This document shows positions 25,064 through 40,448 of a stretch of 64,000 nt of DNA, piece after piece; positions within the stretch are counted from its first letter, which is position 1, and every line of letters begins with the position of its first letter. The notes beneath the pieces are model-generated. The model saw only the letters and a list, made by a program, of their open reading frames with translations, was not told where the DNA came from and ran no database searches. The stretch lies in NCBI RefSeq assembly GCF_009914755.1, contig NC_060934.1, one strand, 5' to 3'. Both the position numbers and the translations under genes were made by a program. The stretch comes from the human T2T-CHM13v2.0 reference genome, Homo sapiens.

Positions 25064-27641
25064 AATTATCCCTCATACTGCAAACTCGGGACTTGGGAGT
25101 TTAAGTTCAATATGTGACTGACCCCTGGCCCACATCATGGGCATGGGTCGATGTTGCTGAGTGTGATGCAAGATAGAAGACCCTGGTCTCTTCCTCCTCT
25201 TGCTTTGGGAGACTGACTGCTTCCAGAATTACAGCATCTCACAGCAGACTGTCAGGGAGGAGCCTGCATCTCGTAAATAAAGAGAGGGGCTCAAGATGGG
25301 CCTTCTGACCCTTCAAATGCCCCATTTTACAGCACATGCTAACATTTTTCTTTGTGTTGGTTTGTAGCTCTTGAGTTGAATTCATGAGACTGCAACATCT
25401 CTTGGAATACCTCACTGCATCCAGAGGTTGTCAGCACATGGACAGCTCTGGGGTCTCTGCTTGGTGCCAGCTGGTTCCCAGGGGTTCTGCATGGAGATTT
25501 CTGTGCCCCTCGTGCCTTGATGGCATGGGCTGGCTAGCAGGCCTCTGCACCAGGGCTACACCCACTGTACATCCGTTTGTTCTGTTCTTGGTTTCATTTC
25601 TGCTTTTACCCCCTGGCTTCCCTGGAAACCACATGTGGGCAGGCACGTATCTGCTGGATTAACAGTACTATTCCAGTGCCTGTCACAGTGGCCAGCCCCA
25701 TAGAGGTGCTCAAACCCTGAGAGCAGAGTGCACACATGAATATAAGTGAGTGAATGGTTTCTGAAAGGCTGACGTTCGAGGCATTTGCTGGATTTCTGGC
25801 CTGGCATGCCTTGCTGACTTTGGTGATAATGTTATGGCAAGCAGGGTGTAATTCAGGAGATGGTGCTTGTTTCCTGGCAGTCCTGTGGGCAGACAGACTC
25901 TGGGAACTGTGGGCCCAGAAAGTCAGGTGTGTGTGTTTCAACAGCAGGAGCAGCCCGTCTGAAAGCCCAAGCACTTGCGTGTTAAATTGCATCTCAGAGG
26001 GAGGTTTTTGTTTTAATGGAAGCAGTTATCCAACTAGCAGGCTTCAAATGGAAATAACAGCTCTCTCTACATAATGAGTGAGGGGCACTTTAATTAATAG
26101 CACCTCTTGGATTTTAATGACAGTGGCTTTGGTTTCTGGCCATCTGATGACTACTGAAGCTATTGTTTTGGGGATGCAGGGACATGCAAACCTGCTGGAG
26201 TCCGCGTGGATACAATGGGCATCTCAGAGGTGTTATAATTTGAGAGTTTTCTAAGCCTCATGCCTGTACCTCATTTATGTTTCAGGGCAAGCGCTCTACC
26301 CTGCAGTGAGGGATGAAACCTCTCCATTCTCTTCTATTATGGTGCAAACTTGGGGTAGAATTTCCAGCTGCCTAGAGAGCAGCAGCAGAGCTTCCCATCT
26401 GTACACAGATGCTGCCTTGTCACCGTGGCTGTGCCCTGTGGAAGACTGGCCTGTGTTTGCCCTGCTGAGCTCTGAGGGGTGCTGTTCCGTAGCCTCACAG
26501 CCCCTGTAGGTGCAGTGCTGGGCTGGCTTCCTGTGGCCTGGCTCTGATGTGCCCAGTAAGCCATTTCTCTTGATGCAGGACTATTCCTGTGGCAGTGAAG
26601 GTGGCAGGTGGGAACGGGGCTGCCACTAGGATGATGCCACTCACACAGTTTTGTGTTGAAGGCTGAGGGTAGGAAGGGAGGGAGAACGTGAAGGGCCCAC
26701 TGTCTGGGGGAGCCAGGCATGTGAGAACTTGGGAACATTAGTGGGCCATGTGCACTGCAGGCAGGGAGGGTGCAAAGGGCAGAGGGAGCCCCCGAGGGGC
26801 AGCCCTCCAGCGTGGGAGGTGAGCAAGCCAAGGAGAGGCAGGCCAGAGTGGGGCGCAGTTTATGGGCCCTAGTCCCCACTCCCAGTCCAGTTGATTGCGT
26901 TTCCCTGTGCTGTGCCCAGCTCTGGATGGAACTAGAGGCCTAGTCTGGGTTCTCCTCAAGGCATTGGTGCCAGCAGCGTCATTCAGTCTCAAAGAGGACC
27001 GAAGAGGCATGGCCAGGAGAAGCCCCCATCCTCCCAGCAGGCTCCTCCGTGCAGCCCCTGCTCTTCCACCACCACAAGACAGCCCAGGAGCCACCATGCC
27101 TTCACCCCAGGGGCTCCTCGGGAGGAACTAAAAACCTTCCCAGGCCTGGGCTCTCCCCGCTCCCACTGCCAAGCCACCTGCCTTATGGAATATGGTGGGG
27201 GAAAGGAGTGCTGTTTCCGTTACAGGAGGCGTGGGGGTGCCAGACCTCAGCATCCTTCCTCCTAGCTGGGCCGAGGCCTCTGCTTTGGGCTTGGATTTGG
27301 ATCCTGTTGAGACCTTGTGAACCTAACTGGTTACTCACCCCCCATATGCCTGTCAAACCCTTATGCAGCAGGGTAAATCCCAGGAGCCAGCCTGGTGGTG
27401 CTTGGTCCTCCTGGCCTAGCTCGCCTGCCCTAACCCTTCCCTCCCCACCCACTCTGACCTCTCAGTCCCTGGTCAGGTTTCTCTTTCTTCTTCTCTGCTG
27501 CCTCCTCCATTCCCCTGGGATCCTGGTTCCTTCAGATCTCAGCTCCTTGCTTCCTCAGGAAGCCCCCGACTCTATGCCAGGGAATATCTCCCTATTATCA
27601 GGACTGGGTACCTCCCCTTCTCAGACAATGTCCTTATTTCT

Positions 27642-27963
<322 letters not shown>

Positions 27964-28429
27964 CTTATTTCTCTGTTGGGTTTTTCCTCTAGGAGAGTAG
28001 GCACTGGACACTTCCTCAGATGTACACGTTGGTTTCTGGGAGCCGTGTTGAACCTGCTGGCCTTTTCCATTCCCTGGACTCTACCGCTGGGAAGCTGATC
28101 AGGGCTGTGCTACTTCCTTGCCATCTTCCCCTCCCACTGGACTGACCGGAAGTCCCACTGTATCGTCCAGATCAGCTGTGAACAAGCTGTTGAATGAGCA
28201 GATAAAGGAGGAGTATGTGCATAGGTCGTGTATAGGCCGGGGGTTGAAATGCTCCCATCAGCATGAGGGTCTCCTTCCTGTGCCACCTGGGCTGCCTGGA
28301 GGACCAGCCTTGATAGCGCTGTGTTTCCTATCTCCTGCCCTCAAGATGCAAATTTGACTGACTTCAGCTGGGACAAGCGGGGAGGAGGTGTGTAATGAGC
28401 CACTCTCAGGTACTCAACCTCTGGACAGA

Positions 28430-29480
28430 TCCGTGTGTTTAATTAATTATAATCTAACTACCTGAAGTAGAAGAGGAAGCAGTGGGCTCCACATGGGCCA
28501 GGTCCTTTAACACATGAACTTTGATCCCAGCCCCCGAGGTCAGCCATCAGCTCCTCATCCTGCAGCCTGCCCAATGCTTCATTACCCAATTAACCCGTCA
28601 TTTTAGAGCCAGGTGGTTTAAGGGACTGTGTAAGAAGAACCTGGGACTCCAGGGCCGCAGCCTTTGGTTATGGTCCTGTTGTGGTTCTAATGCACGAATT
28701 AAATATCTGTCTCTTCTAAAAGTCTGCGTGATTTATTGGAAAATTGGTAGAAACAGCCCTTGGGGGGCTGTGCTCAAAATCTGGTTTAAAAGGGTGGCTA
28801 CTGGCTGTGACTCTTTGATTTCCTCTATCCTATTGAATGTCATTAGCCCCCTTTCATGTAAAATAAATGTTTGACTCCAGCTCATGGAGGGCTTATTTAT
28901 TCATTTCGTTCCCTTCACTGCACACTGTCATTATTTCTCTGTTGATTCTCTTCTCTGGGAGAATAGAAACGAAACCCTTCCCTTCGAGGCACATATTTTG
29001 GATTCAGATAATGTGAAGGCTCCGTGAGCTTGTCCCCTCTGCCCCCCCTTACTCAGACGCTGCAGGTTGTGAATTTCAGTCCTGGTAAATCATGTGTGAC
29101 TCTACGATGGAAAGGACTCGGTGTTATTTTATTTGTGATTTGTTGTTACTTATTTATTGGGAAGTGGCCTTTCTCCAAAAGGAGCACAATATGGAGAAAA
29201 ACAGAAAAGGGGGATGGGATTCATCCTCTCAGTTGACGTGAAGAAAGCCACTGTCACCATTTTCAAATAATGACTGGGCACATGGCCCTCATAAATCATA
29301 TGCTTATTAAAACATGCTGCTCTAAATCCGGGAGATGTGAGGGCCTGGCCTGGGACTTCTCCTTGGCCACCTGACCTTCCTCTGACCTTTAATTGTTGAG
29401 TAGAAGGTACCCAGGAAGCCCATTCATTTAACAGTCTACTGTGGGCATAAGAAAAGTGACTCATTTAAGATACAACCTAA
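28430..29480. promoter_or_regulatory. Candidate conserved non-coding enhancer block
   Basis: Repeat-poor, with TTAATTAATTA, TGATTTAT (28729), GTAAATCA (29085) and ATAAATCA (29291). Inference. Confidence 0.4.
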
Positions 29481-29499
29481 GAGAGCTCACAAGAGGATG

Positions 29500-29650
29500 A
29501 CTAAGATGGAAGGGATTGCGTTGTAGGCAGTGAGGTCCCTGACACTGGTAGTAATCAAGCTGATTTCACTGGGAGCAAATAGGATGTACTGGGATTCAAG
29601 TTATAGAAGGAAATTTGGATCCGCTGAAAGAAAGGTTTCACCTACTTCTG
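29500..29650 (+). mobile_element. L3/CR1 fragment
   Basis: 'atggaagggattgcgttgtaggcagtgaggtccctgacactggtagtaatcaagc' resembles L3 'atggaatgggctgcct...gtagtgagctccccgtcactggaggtgttcaagc'. Confidence 0.55.
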
Positions 29651-29899
29651 TACATCTAAGAGCCTAAGGCCCAAATAATTCACATTTACAAAGTGCAAAC
29701 TTTTGTTTTCCCAAAGAGCTGAAAAGCCAGATGGGTTGGGAGACAATTTCCCGAGCCCAGGCTGCAAGCTCCTGACTCATGAGTGCTTTGCCTTTGCAGA
29801 ATTTACTCAACCCACAGCTGTGCGGCCTCTATAGCCTGCAAGCTTTCACACCGAGCCTCTCTCCCTGCCTTCTTTCCTTCCTTCTTTTATTTCCTCATC

Positions 29900-30040
29900 C
29901 CAACCCCTGCAACTCTTGTTTTAGAGTTAAGAAAACTGAGGCTTAGAGAGGTTAAGCAACAAGCCCAAGGTCATGACACTAGTAGGTAGCAGAGCAGGAG
30001 TGGGATTCTGAAACCCTTGCTCTTCTGGTTATTCCATGTC
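29900..30040 (-). mobile_element. MIR
   Basis: 'aagaaaactgaggcttagagaggttaagcaacaagcccaaggtcatgacactagtaggtagcagagc'. Confidence 0.8.
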
Positions 30041-30299
30041 CAATCTACAGCACAGTACTTTGTACACAGGAGGTGCTTTGTAAAAGCCCAGCAGATTAGT
30101 GAACCAGTGCACGTGACCCGGAGAGGAACACATGGGGGATCATTTTGCCTGGCTCACGCTCCCTAATATCTTCATTTCCATCCCCGACAACCAGACACCC
30201 AGCTCTTCCAGCACAGGGTCCGCAAGGCAGCCGGATCTCAGAGGCGCCTGCATTTGTTGGCTCAGTTAGAATAGAATGTGAAGCCAGCAGTGTTGGACT

Positions 30300-30510
30300 T
30301 AAGATCCTGCCCTCTGGAGGCAGGCAGATGGCCTGGGTTTATGTCCCAGTCACCTCATCACATCATGCCTCAGCTTCCTCGTCTATGAAATGGGCTAATA
30401 CTAGTTCCTGCAGCACCAGGCTCTTGTGAGGCTTGGATAAGTTACTGCGTTCAGAGTGTGTGGAATGTGCTCGGCGCATAGAAAGCTCTGTGTGTGTGTG
30501 AACTGTTGCT
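30300..30510 (+). mobile_element. MIR
   Basis: 'ctctggaggcaggcagatggcctgggttt...gcctcagcttcctcgtctatgaaatggg...ttgtgagg'. Confidence 0.7.
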
Positions 30511-30769
30511 ATGAGCACTCGCTGCCGACTTGCCTCCCTGGAGCACTGAAGTGGATTTCCTGGAAAAAGAAGCTGCTGTGTCTGGTGACAATCCTTTTCA
30601 AGAGTAGTCCACTGGCCCAGGCTTATGAAACCGCTGGGGGTCAAGGAAGTCCTACTTCAGGATTAGGAGCCACAATAACTGTGGTGTTAGACCGAAGTGT
30701 AAATTACCAGTAAGTCACCTCTGGGTGAAGATTGGAAGGGTTCATTTAGGGCTAAAATACAGTGACCTC

Positions 30770-31420
30770 TCCAGCCTGGATTCCATCCACAGCCTTCAAC
30801 TTGGCCTCCCCTCCCTCTCCTACCCTTCTTTAGATCTTCCCTACTCAGAAGACACAGTGGTCATTGGGGTTTTCATATCCAAGCAGCTCTCTCTCTTGCT
30901 TTTAAACCTTCAGTGGCTCCCTATTGCCCCCAAGGATAAAGCCCAAATCCTGCCCATAGCTTTTTCAGCCCTGTGTGATTTGGCCTGGCCTGTCTTTCCA
31001 ACCTCATATCTGACTACTCTCTTCCTTGCTTTAACCCACTTTGGCCACACTGAGCCTCCTTCACTTCCTCACCGTTGGTCTTTTCTGCCAAGGGCCTTTA
31101 TACAGGCTACCTCCTAGTCCCAGAGCAACCCTTTGCCCCACTCTTATAGCTGGTTCTTCCTCATTTTTTACTTCTAAGCCTAAAAACGACTTCCTCAATG
31201 ACTATTCCTGACTACCTGATAGCAACAGGCTCTCCCACTCTCTCCTTTCTCTATTTCTGCCCATTGTTTGATTTATCCTTAGTACATATCAAATTTAGGG
31301 GCTGCTGTCTCCCCTTAAAAGGTGAACTCCTCAAGTGCAAGGCATCTTTGCCTTACTCACCAGGCTACTTCCAGGGCTTAACCCATAGCACATGGTATGC
31401 AAGCAGAAGCTTCTGTCAAA
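30770..31420 (+). mobile_element. L2 LINE 3' fragment
   Basis: 'aaaccttcagtggctccctattgcc...aggataaagcccaaatcct...ggccacactgagcctcc...agggccttt' in L2 consensus order. Confidence 0.8.
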
Positions 31421-31589
31421 TGCACTTCAGCACATGGATTTTTGGACACCTAATTTCATCTCTTGGTTGTTTTCTAAATTTTTCTGATCATTAAAGTTGT
31501 TGAGTAAATATTGTCTGGATAAGCAAGGCATCGCTAGAATAATGAAAATATGTTGGCTATAGTATTGTCATATGAGTGGGAGTAACTGG

Positions 31590-32076
31590 TATGGCAGATA
31601 CCATGTCCCCTGGGGCATAAATTCTCACAGTTTTCTGCAGCAGCAAAGGACACTGTCTCTCTGCTTCTAGGCCTGAGAGCTTTCTCTGGCACAAGAAAGC
31701 TCTCAGCTTATATTTGGGGGTATGTTCAGTTCACATTCAGGCAGCCTAGAAGTGCCAGAGATTGAACAGCCCTAGACATGATCTTCAAGCAACAAGGGCT
31801 GGAATCCGATTAAGTAAACACCCCAGCCTGCCTGTCTCTTGGTAGGATAATCCCGGGGTGCATTGCAAACACTTCCTCTGAATGTTCCAGCTGGACTGAG
31901 CCCCAGTTGCCCATGGCAGTAACCTGCTCATTAACACCCCTGACTGTTTTTTTCCCCTTCTTGTCATCATTTGCCCAACGATCAAGCGCCTGCTTCCTGA
32001 GATCCTCTTCCAAATAATTGATCTGCAGCCCAACCATTGTCTCAGGGCCTGCCTTCGGGGAATACAAACTAAGATA
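31590..32076 (+). mobile_element. ERVL solo LTR (LTR16-like)
   Basis: 'ctgagccccagttgcccatggcagtaacctgctcattaac...ttccaaataa...ttgtctcagggcctgccttcggggaatacaaactaagata' matches the LTR16 3' half. Confidence 0.8.
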
Positions 32077-32134
32077 TGGTGACAAAACCATGGAAATACT
32101 GTCAAAGCAGCATTTTTACTTTGCATGTGGTATC

Positions 32135-32549
32135 TGCTATCGCTTGAGAGTTTGTGTTCTCCCAAAATTGCTATGTTGAAACCTATCTCCAATGCAATGG
32201 TATTGAGAGGTGGATCCTTTAGGAGGTGATCAGGTTATGAGGGCAGAAGCTTCATCAGTGGGATCAGTGCCCTTATAAAGAGGCGCAAGGAGGCTTGTCC
32301 ATCCCTTGCACCATGTGAAGACAGGTAGAAGGTTCCATCTATGAGGAACAGGCCCTCGACCGACAACAAGTCTGCTGGGACCTTCATCTTCCAACTTCCA
32401 TCTATGAGGAACAGGCCCTCGACTGACACCGAGTCTGCTGGGACCTTCATCTTCCAACTTCCCAGCATCCAGAATTATGGGCAACAACTTTGTTTATAAA
32501 TTACCCAGTCTAAGGTATTTTGTTATAGCAGCCCAAATGGACTAAGACA
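32135..32549 (+). mobile_element. MaLR solo LTR (MLT1A-like) with internal 63-bp tandem duplication
   Basis: tgctat...ggactaagaca termini; duplicated unit 32333-32395 / 32396-32458. Confidence 0.88.
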
Positions 32550-34442
32550 TTTTGTATTTTTCAAAGCACTTTCAGATACATTAACTTAAGCATCACAGAT
32601 AACTTAAGTTTTACATTATCATATTAAGATACATTCTTATGTTTTATGTTACTACGATGAGGACTAAGCAGGGCAGATATTATTATTTTCCTCTGACAGA
32701 TGAGGAAAGCCAGGAACAGAGAGGGCAAAGCTTTTAACTTAAGTCACACAGCAAGACAGCGGGGCAGACTAGGCCTGGTGTCCTTGCCACTGCACTTGTT
32801 GCCTTAACTTTTGGTCATTCCAAACCCTGCCTGGTCTGTTCTTTTCAAATAAGAGAGCAAAATGGCTGGGAATTTGCTATTGTCACCCATTAGGTATTTT
32901 TCTCTTGAATGCCAGGCTTTGAATTGACTTGCTTCTTGTCCATCACACCCCGACCCCCAATTTCCAAAAGGAGAGGTATGTTAGTAGGAGATTATAACTC
33001 ACCTTAATTGAGGGCCAGGTACTATAGTCATTGCTTTATGTCTTATGGACTTAACATCAGTCCTATTAGGTAGGTGGTAAAAATCCCTATTTTGTAGAAA
33101 AGGCTGCATCGAAAGTCTCTAACAATGCTTGGCATGCAGAGAGTACCTGATGAGTAGTTATTGAATGAATGAGGTTGGAGAGATTAAGTTGCTTTCTCAA
33201 GTCACACAACCAATAGGTGGAGTCTAGCTCATTCCCAATCCCAGGAACTTTCCTGCCATGGTGTAACCCCCACCAGCCCTTTCTTGGGATCTGTCTTCTT
33301 TGTCATCAATGCTGGATACGGGTGTAGAGTGGTGTTCACTTGGTGTCCAAGGACTAAAGGAAATCTCACGCCTCCCCAGTGAGCCCTAAGTCTCTGAGTG
33401 ATCGGCTTGTCTGCGGCTGCTCCCAAGTGTCACCAGCCATCCATCCACAGGGTCTCATCCCAGCCTCACTGGGTGGACACAGGCAGGTGGACACTTCACT
33501 CCACGTGTCATCCCCATGTGGGTGCTGCCCCCATGAGCCACCATCCTGACCACCCAGACAGTGACCTGCAAAAAAAGAAACACACACACAGCTGCTTAGA
33601 ATCATGATGGTCCAGCAGGCCCCAATCTCCTTTTTAAAGCATGGCAATTGACAGCTTGCTACCTACACCTGCACTGCCAAGAAGCAGCGAGACCTGCTGT
33701 CAGGCCAGAGGAATTCACTGGACAGAGAGTCACCCCAGGACCCAGGAAGGCATCTCCAAGAAGAGCCTGGTGAAGCTGACCCTGACATTCTGCATCCTTA
33801 AGTCAGTGAAGGCACAGGCAGCTGTGACCCCCAGAGCCCACACATGTATCTGCAACTGAGGCTGTTACGACTGTTAAAGGTGGGGCATTTCCTTCAACTC
33901 AAAAAAAAAAAAAAAAGTACACAAGACCTCAAGGCACAGAATAAAAATTGGCCCAGGCTTTTGACAAGCAGCTAAGGAGAAGGGGAGGACAGTGAGGGGA
34001 GGTTGTCCATTGATACCTGTGGCCCACATGAGGTGCTTTGCTAGGGCATCCTCCGTTCAGCTGGTCGGCCTCAGCTCTCTTGAGTATGACATGTCACAAG
34101 CGCCGGAGATGCACAGACAAGCAAGCCCTGGTCCCTGCATGTATGGAGCTCAGGGTCCCATGTGAAAGACAAATGAACAAACAGGCAACCAGACTTGAAT
34201 GAGAAGGCCAAGGAATTCACTGGACAGGGCCCTCCTAATCCTTCCCAGGCCCGGTGGGGAGGGGGGTGTCCTGGGAGATGAGACATGAAAGATAGGATTC
34301 TGTTGGGAGAGCAGAAGTTAGCTAGCCAAAGAAGGGGGATCTCAAGTTAACAGGGGCTACATTCCAGCTTGACAGGGGTGAGGAGTTTTAATTTAACCAT
34401 CATAACAATCTTTAGGTAACAGGGTCTATTACCACCCCCCAC

Positions 34443-35452
<1,010 letters not shown>

Positions 35453-36105
35453 ACCACCCCCTACTTTGAAACAGAAGTATGGAAAGACTCCATAACTTAC
35501 CAGCTGGCAATACCAAGCCGGCAATACCAAGCTGGGAAGTAAGGAACCCAACAATGAAAACCCGGTTCATGAGTTCAAAGCCTGTGTCTTCTCTATTCCT
35601 TCGTCCTTCATATGCTTCTCTCTCTAAAGGGTTGTGGAATTTGGCACAGAGGTAGAATCATCTTCATCTTGTTAGTAGGAATCATATCTTCTTCCATGTG
35701 GAAATCCCAGGAGCTGATTGAGGTTGAAGGACTAGTGTGAAATACACACCCCAGAGTCCTTCTTCAGGCACCCCCTGCTCCCGATTGCTCTGAGGGGAAG
35801 TTCATGGAAACCTATATCACCCTGGGTTTGAATCTTCTTGATTTTGATACTATGGACATGGCACATGTGGAGAACTCCTAGTATCACTGGAGACTATGGG
35901 AGAGATGGAGAGGAAAACAATGGTCAACTTGGACTTGACCCTGAGGGTAGCAAAGTCTTTGCAGTTATCAAACAAGGGAATGCCTCCCACTTGCCAAGAC
36001 TGTGTCTCAAACACTGCCTTTGAATTGTATCTTTCTTTCAAAATAGTCCATATTTGCTGTTAGAGAATTATATTTTATATCCACTGTCTTGAAAAGAATG
36101 AATTA

Positions 36106-36830
<725 letters not shown>

Positions 36831-37099
36831 GCCATGCCATTGCTGCTTGGAAAAAAAAAAAAAAAGAGCGAGCTACAAGCTAGGCTGACAGCCTCTTGGA
36901 TGGCATCAGACAGGCAGGTTGGTAGCACTGAGTTCAGCCACTGTCTACTCTCAGTGCTGATGTCTTTTGTGCCAGGTCCAGGGAAAGAAAGTGGTGGCCT
37001 GGAGCCCACTCTCTGCCATCCTGCACCTTGGCCGAATGCCAGGCATCGAGAATGGTACCCTAGCCCCCTTTGGATTTCCTGGGTTTTGTTGGGCCTGAG

Positions 37100-37790
37100 T
37101 CATCACCTTAATGTTATTTAAATCTAGGGTTTTGAATTGAATGCTATTAAATGCCTCCTCAACCACATGATACTTGTGATGGGCCATAGTGAATGGGGGA
37201 TTAGGCAGATAAATTACCATTGTGATTCTAAAACTATCATCAGGTTTGCTAAGGACAATAATTACGTAGCTTACAGTGTTTGGAAATATTGCCTAAATCT
37301 CCTCCCCACATGTTGTTTGTGATGGAAAACAATTAGACAAAAGGTCCTTTTGGTAAAGCTGCCTGGGATTCAGATCGGCTTGATGAATGGGCTTTCTCCC
37401 AGACCCCGAGCATTTGTTAGAAGTAAATTATATGTTATTTCAAATCCAAAAGGTCTGCCTCCCCATGTTTATTGGGATAAATTAAATCTTCTAAGGAGGG
37501 TAAACAGAAGGCCCTGATAATTATTTGCTTCTGTATAATTTAAGCTGAAAAGGATATCACCAAGAGGAGGATGGGGGATAGAAACACCCTGCATTGTGCC
37601 CACCACAGAGAACGCACAATAGGGAAATTTAATTTGATACTGATCTACACGCATCATATCAAGTTGGGACGGGCAGCCATCTCTAGAGCTGTTTTCAAAT
37701 GGGGCTTTTCAGTTGCAAATTTCAACTGAAATCATCTTGATTTGCTATTTGAGAATTAATTTTTATAATTTCAAGGGGCTTCCTTGCAGA
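37100..37790. promoter_or_regulatory. Candidate conserved non-coding element
   Basis: Repeat-free and AT-rich, with TAATTA, AAATTA and AATTTAATTTG homeodomain-type sites. Inference. Confidence 0.4.
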
Positions 37791-37917
37791 GGGAATGCTG
37801 CTTCTCTCACCAAACAGACTTCTGTGCTCATGAGACCAGGATGGGGCCTACCCCAGCCTTGCCTCACCCCAGACCCGAAGCCTGCTTTATCAGCATTGGT
37901 AGGAATCCAGTAACTAA

Positions 37918-38100
37918 TCCATCTACTCACATATCCATCCACCCACATCCATCCATCCATCCATCCAACCATCCAACCATCCAACCATCCAACCATCTAT
38001 CCTCCCTCCCTCCCTCCCACCCTTCCACATATCCACCCATCCACCCACCAACCCATCCATCCATCCATCCATCTTTACCCATCCATCTGCACATCCACTC
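37918..38100. repeat. Imperfect (CCAT)n/(TGGA)n tetranucleotide repeat
   Basis: Seen directly; source of the 'MDGWMVGW' ORFs. Confidence 0.93.
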
Positions 38101-38164
38101 ACCATTCCGCAATACTTATTGAATTTCTCTGTTGAATGCTGGTTCCCCAAATAACATCAACACA

Positions 38165-38720
38165 AGCTGTTGATAACACAAAGCTGTTTATTGCTCACTG
38201 TGGTAAGAAAGAACGCGGCCTCTACAGAGTTTTGGTAACCTCTGGAATAGAAGGCAAGGTTGGAATTTACTGAGAATTGACAGTTTGGTTTGGGGGGATC
38301 TTTTAGTGTGGAAGTGTGGGAAGGCTGGATTAGGATTAGCTAAAGATCATTATACAACAGTTCAGGATTGATGGAAAAGTGAGGTGAGTATTTTGGGAGT
38401 GAAGGATTTGAAGTGTCTTAGGGTGAAAACTGTCTGTTGATAATTCCCATTGAAGAGTTGACGCAATTTGGGGAAGTTTTTCTAATGAACAATGAAGTCA
38501 TTTGCCTGGGCAAGAGGCTTCCAGAAAAGACAAGTCATGCTAGTGAAGACAATGGGACTCACAGACCTGTTCATGTAGACAGGTGTAGTTTTGGTTCTCT
38601 GTGCCCAGGCTGAATGTGGTGTAGATAGGTATTGTCTACACCTCCATGGTGTCTGGCTCACCACTGTTTCACCACTAAAGCCATGCCAAAGTAGCCATGA
38701 CCCCACATGTCAGAGATTCT
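38165..38720. mobile_element. Probable old LTR, family unassigned, between L2 pieces
   Basis: Starts with an LTR-end-like 'gtttattgctcac' and is flanked by L2-like sequence (about 38100-38140 and 38730-38880). Family not recognised. Confidence 0.35.
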
Positions 38721-40448
38721 CGTAAGTGGGAGAGGTTAATGAGCACATAACTGCAGAGATAAATGCATAGGAGAGTGTGATATAGCAGGTGGATCTGACC
38801 TAATCAATGAGATCAAGAAGGCCTCCCTGAGAGAGAGGTGCTTAAACTGTTATCTCCAGCTGACCTGGAATGAACTAGAGGTGGCATGCAGTGGACTGTG
38901 GGGAGGGTGCCCAAGCGGGACCTCAGGGGAATCTGAGTCCAGCCGAGGTGCTGGGTCAGGTGGGAGCAGCTCTACTGGGGTTCCTTCTCCCTGCCCTGTC
39001 TTTGCGTCTCTGTCCTGCATCCCAGCCCAACACCCTAAGGAAATCCCCAAGGATCACCAGGAAGCTGCCTGGCAACTTCCCTCTGGCTCAGGGGCAGGGG
39101 GCAGATTGTGCCTGCAATGGTGCTGTGCACTAGGCCGAGGGAGAAGCAAGGAGGGGAGGGGAAAGAGGGAAGTGACTGCCAGCCCTGGTCTGCATCCCTA
39201 GCACCCCAGGCCAGGAACAGCTCCTTGCCTTGATCCCTGCCTGGCGCCTGCCCCAGGATGTCATCTGTGCTGCGAGGGGCCGGGCTGGTGTCCAGGCTCA
39301 GGTTTCACGCGCCAAGCCTGTGATAACATCTGGCTCTTGGGGTCCCAGGCCAGTGACCTCTTAGGCTCCCTGGTGCCTGGCAGTCTGCAGGGAAAGTTTC
39401 CTCCGATCTTCAGCTGACAGGCATCCTTTGCTGATCTGCAGGGATTCGGGGTTAGCCGAGTTTCCTAGCACCTCCCCAAGGGACTCGCTCTCCTTCACAC
39501 AATGGTTTTGCAAGGTCCTGCCCCAGGGCTCTGCCGGGCTCAGCTTTGAAAGAAAATGCCATTCAGCATCACCAATCTATGCCCCTTGGCCTGAGCAACC
39601 GTGCAAGGACTGACCTACAAAATCCTAAATGTTACTGTTTTGGCTTCTGTGGTCAGCCTTAATCATCACACTGGTGGAGCTGAGAGACATTTTCTAGGGT
39701 CCATTAGTAAATGCTGAAAGTGCCTCGTGATGCTTCTCCATGGGCAGGGTGGTTCCGTGGCACAAGCTGATGCAGCCCTTGGCTGGCAGCATTAGCCCCA
39801 TAGAACAGAAGAGGTGGGCGAGCCTGGTGGTTGTTTCCCAACGACATGCCCCTGGAGATGGGGACTTCATGATGCCCGCCTATCCCCGGCCTGACTGAGA
39901 GGCATAGGATTGGAATCACTTGTGCCAGACCTCGGTTCAAATCCAGGCCCTGACTCTTCGTGTGTCCCTGAGCAAGTTGCATTCCTTCTGGATTCCAGGG
40001 AGAAAGCCACATTGAGAACTGTGGTGTTTCATGGACCTTCTGTAAGTCAGGGCCAGAGAGCTCATTGTCATGCCTAGACCACGTGTGTCAGAAATGCGGC
40101 TGAGTCGAGGAAGCAGGTCTCTTGTTTTTAAAGAGTGGTCACGTGCCTCTCTTCCCCACCTTCATCTCCTCCTGGGCCTGCACCTGCCGCCCTCTTTGGG
40201 GAGCCTTGCCGGCTGCCTCTCCCCTTGTTTCTGGTCCTCCTCGTGCTCAGTGTCTCTGCGACACTGGGCACAGCCTGCTTTTTGAAGCTCCATTTCCTCT
40301 GGGGGAACACTTCCACCCCTTCTGGCCCTCCTTTCGCTGGAACCGCCCTGCCTGTTCCTTCAAAGGCTGCTCCCTCACCCTGACCCTTCAGGGATGCTTC
40401 TGGCCTCGCGGGGACCTCCTCTCCCCTTCCCCTTTCCTCTTTCCACAC

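Noticed and set aside
32230-32487. ORFs with a repeated peptide suggesting a repeat protein or a CRISPR-like array
   Set aside because: Explained by a 63-bp tandem duplication in a MaLR LTR; only two units, no spacers, eukaryotic context.
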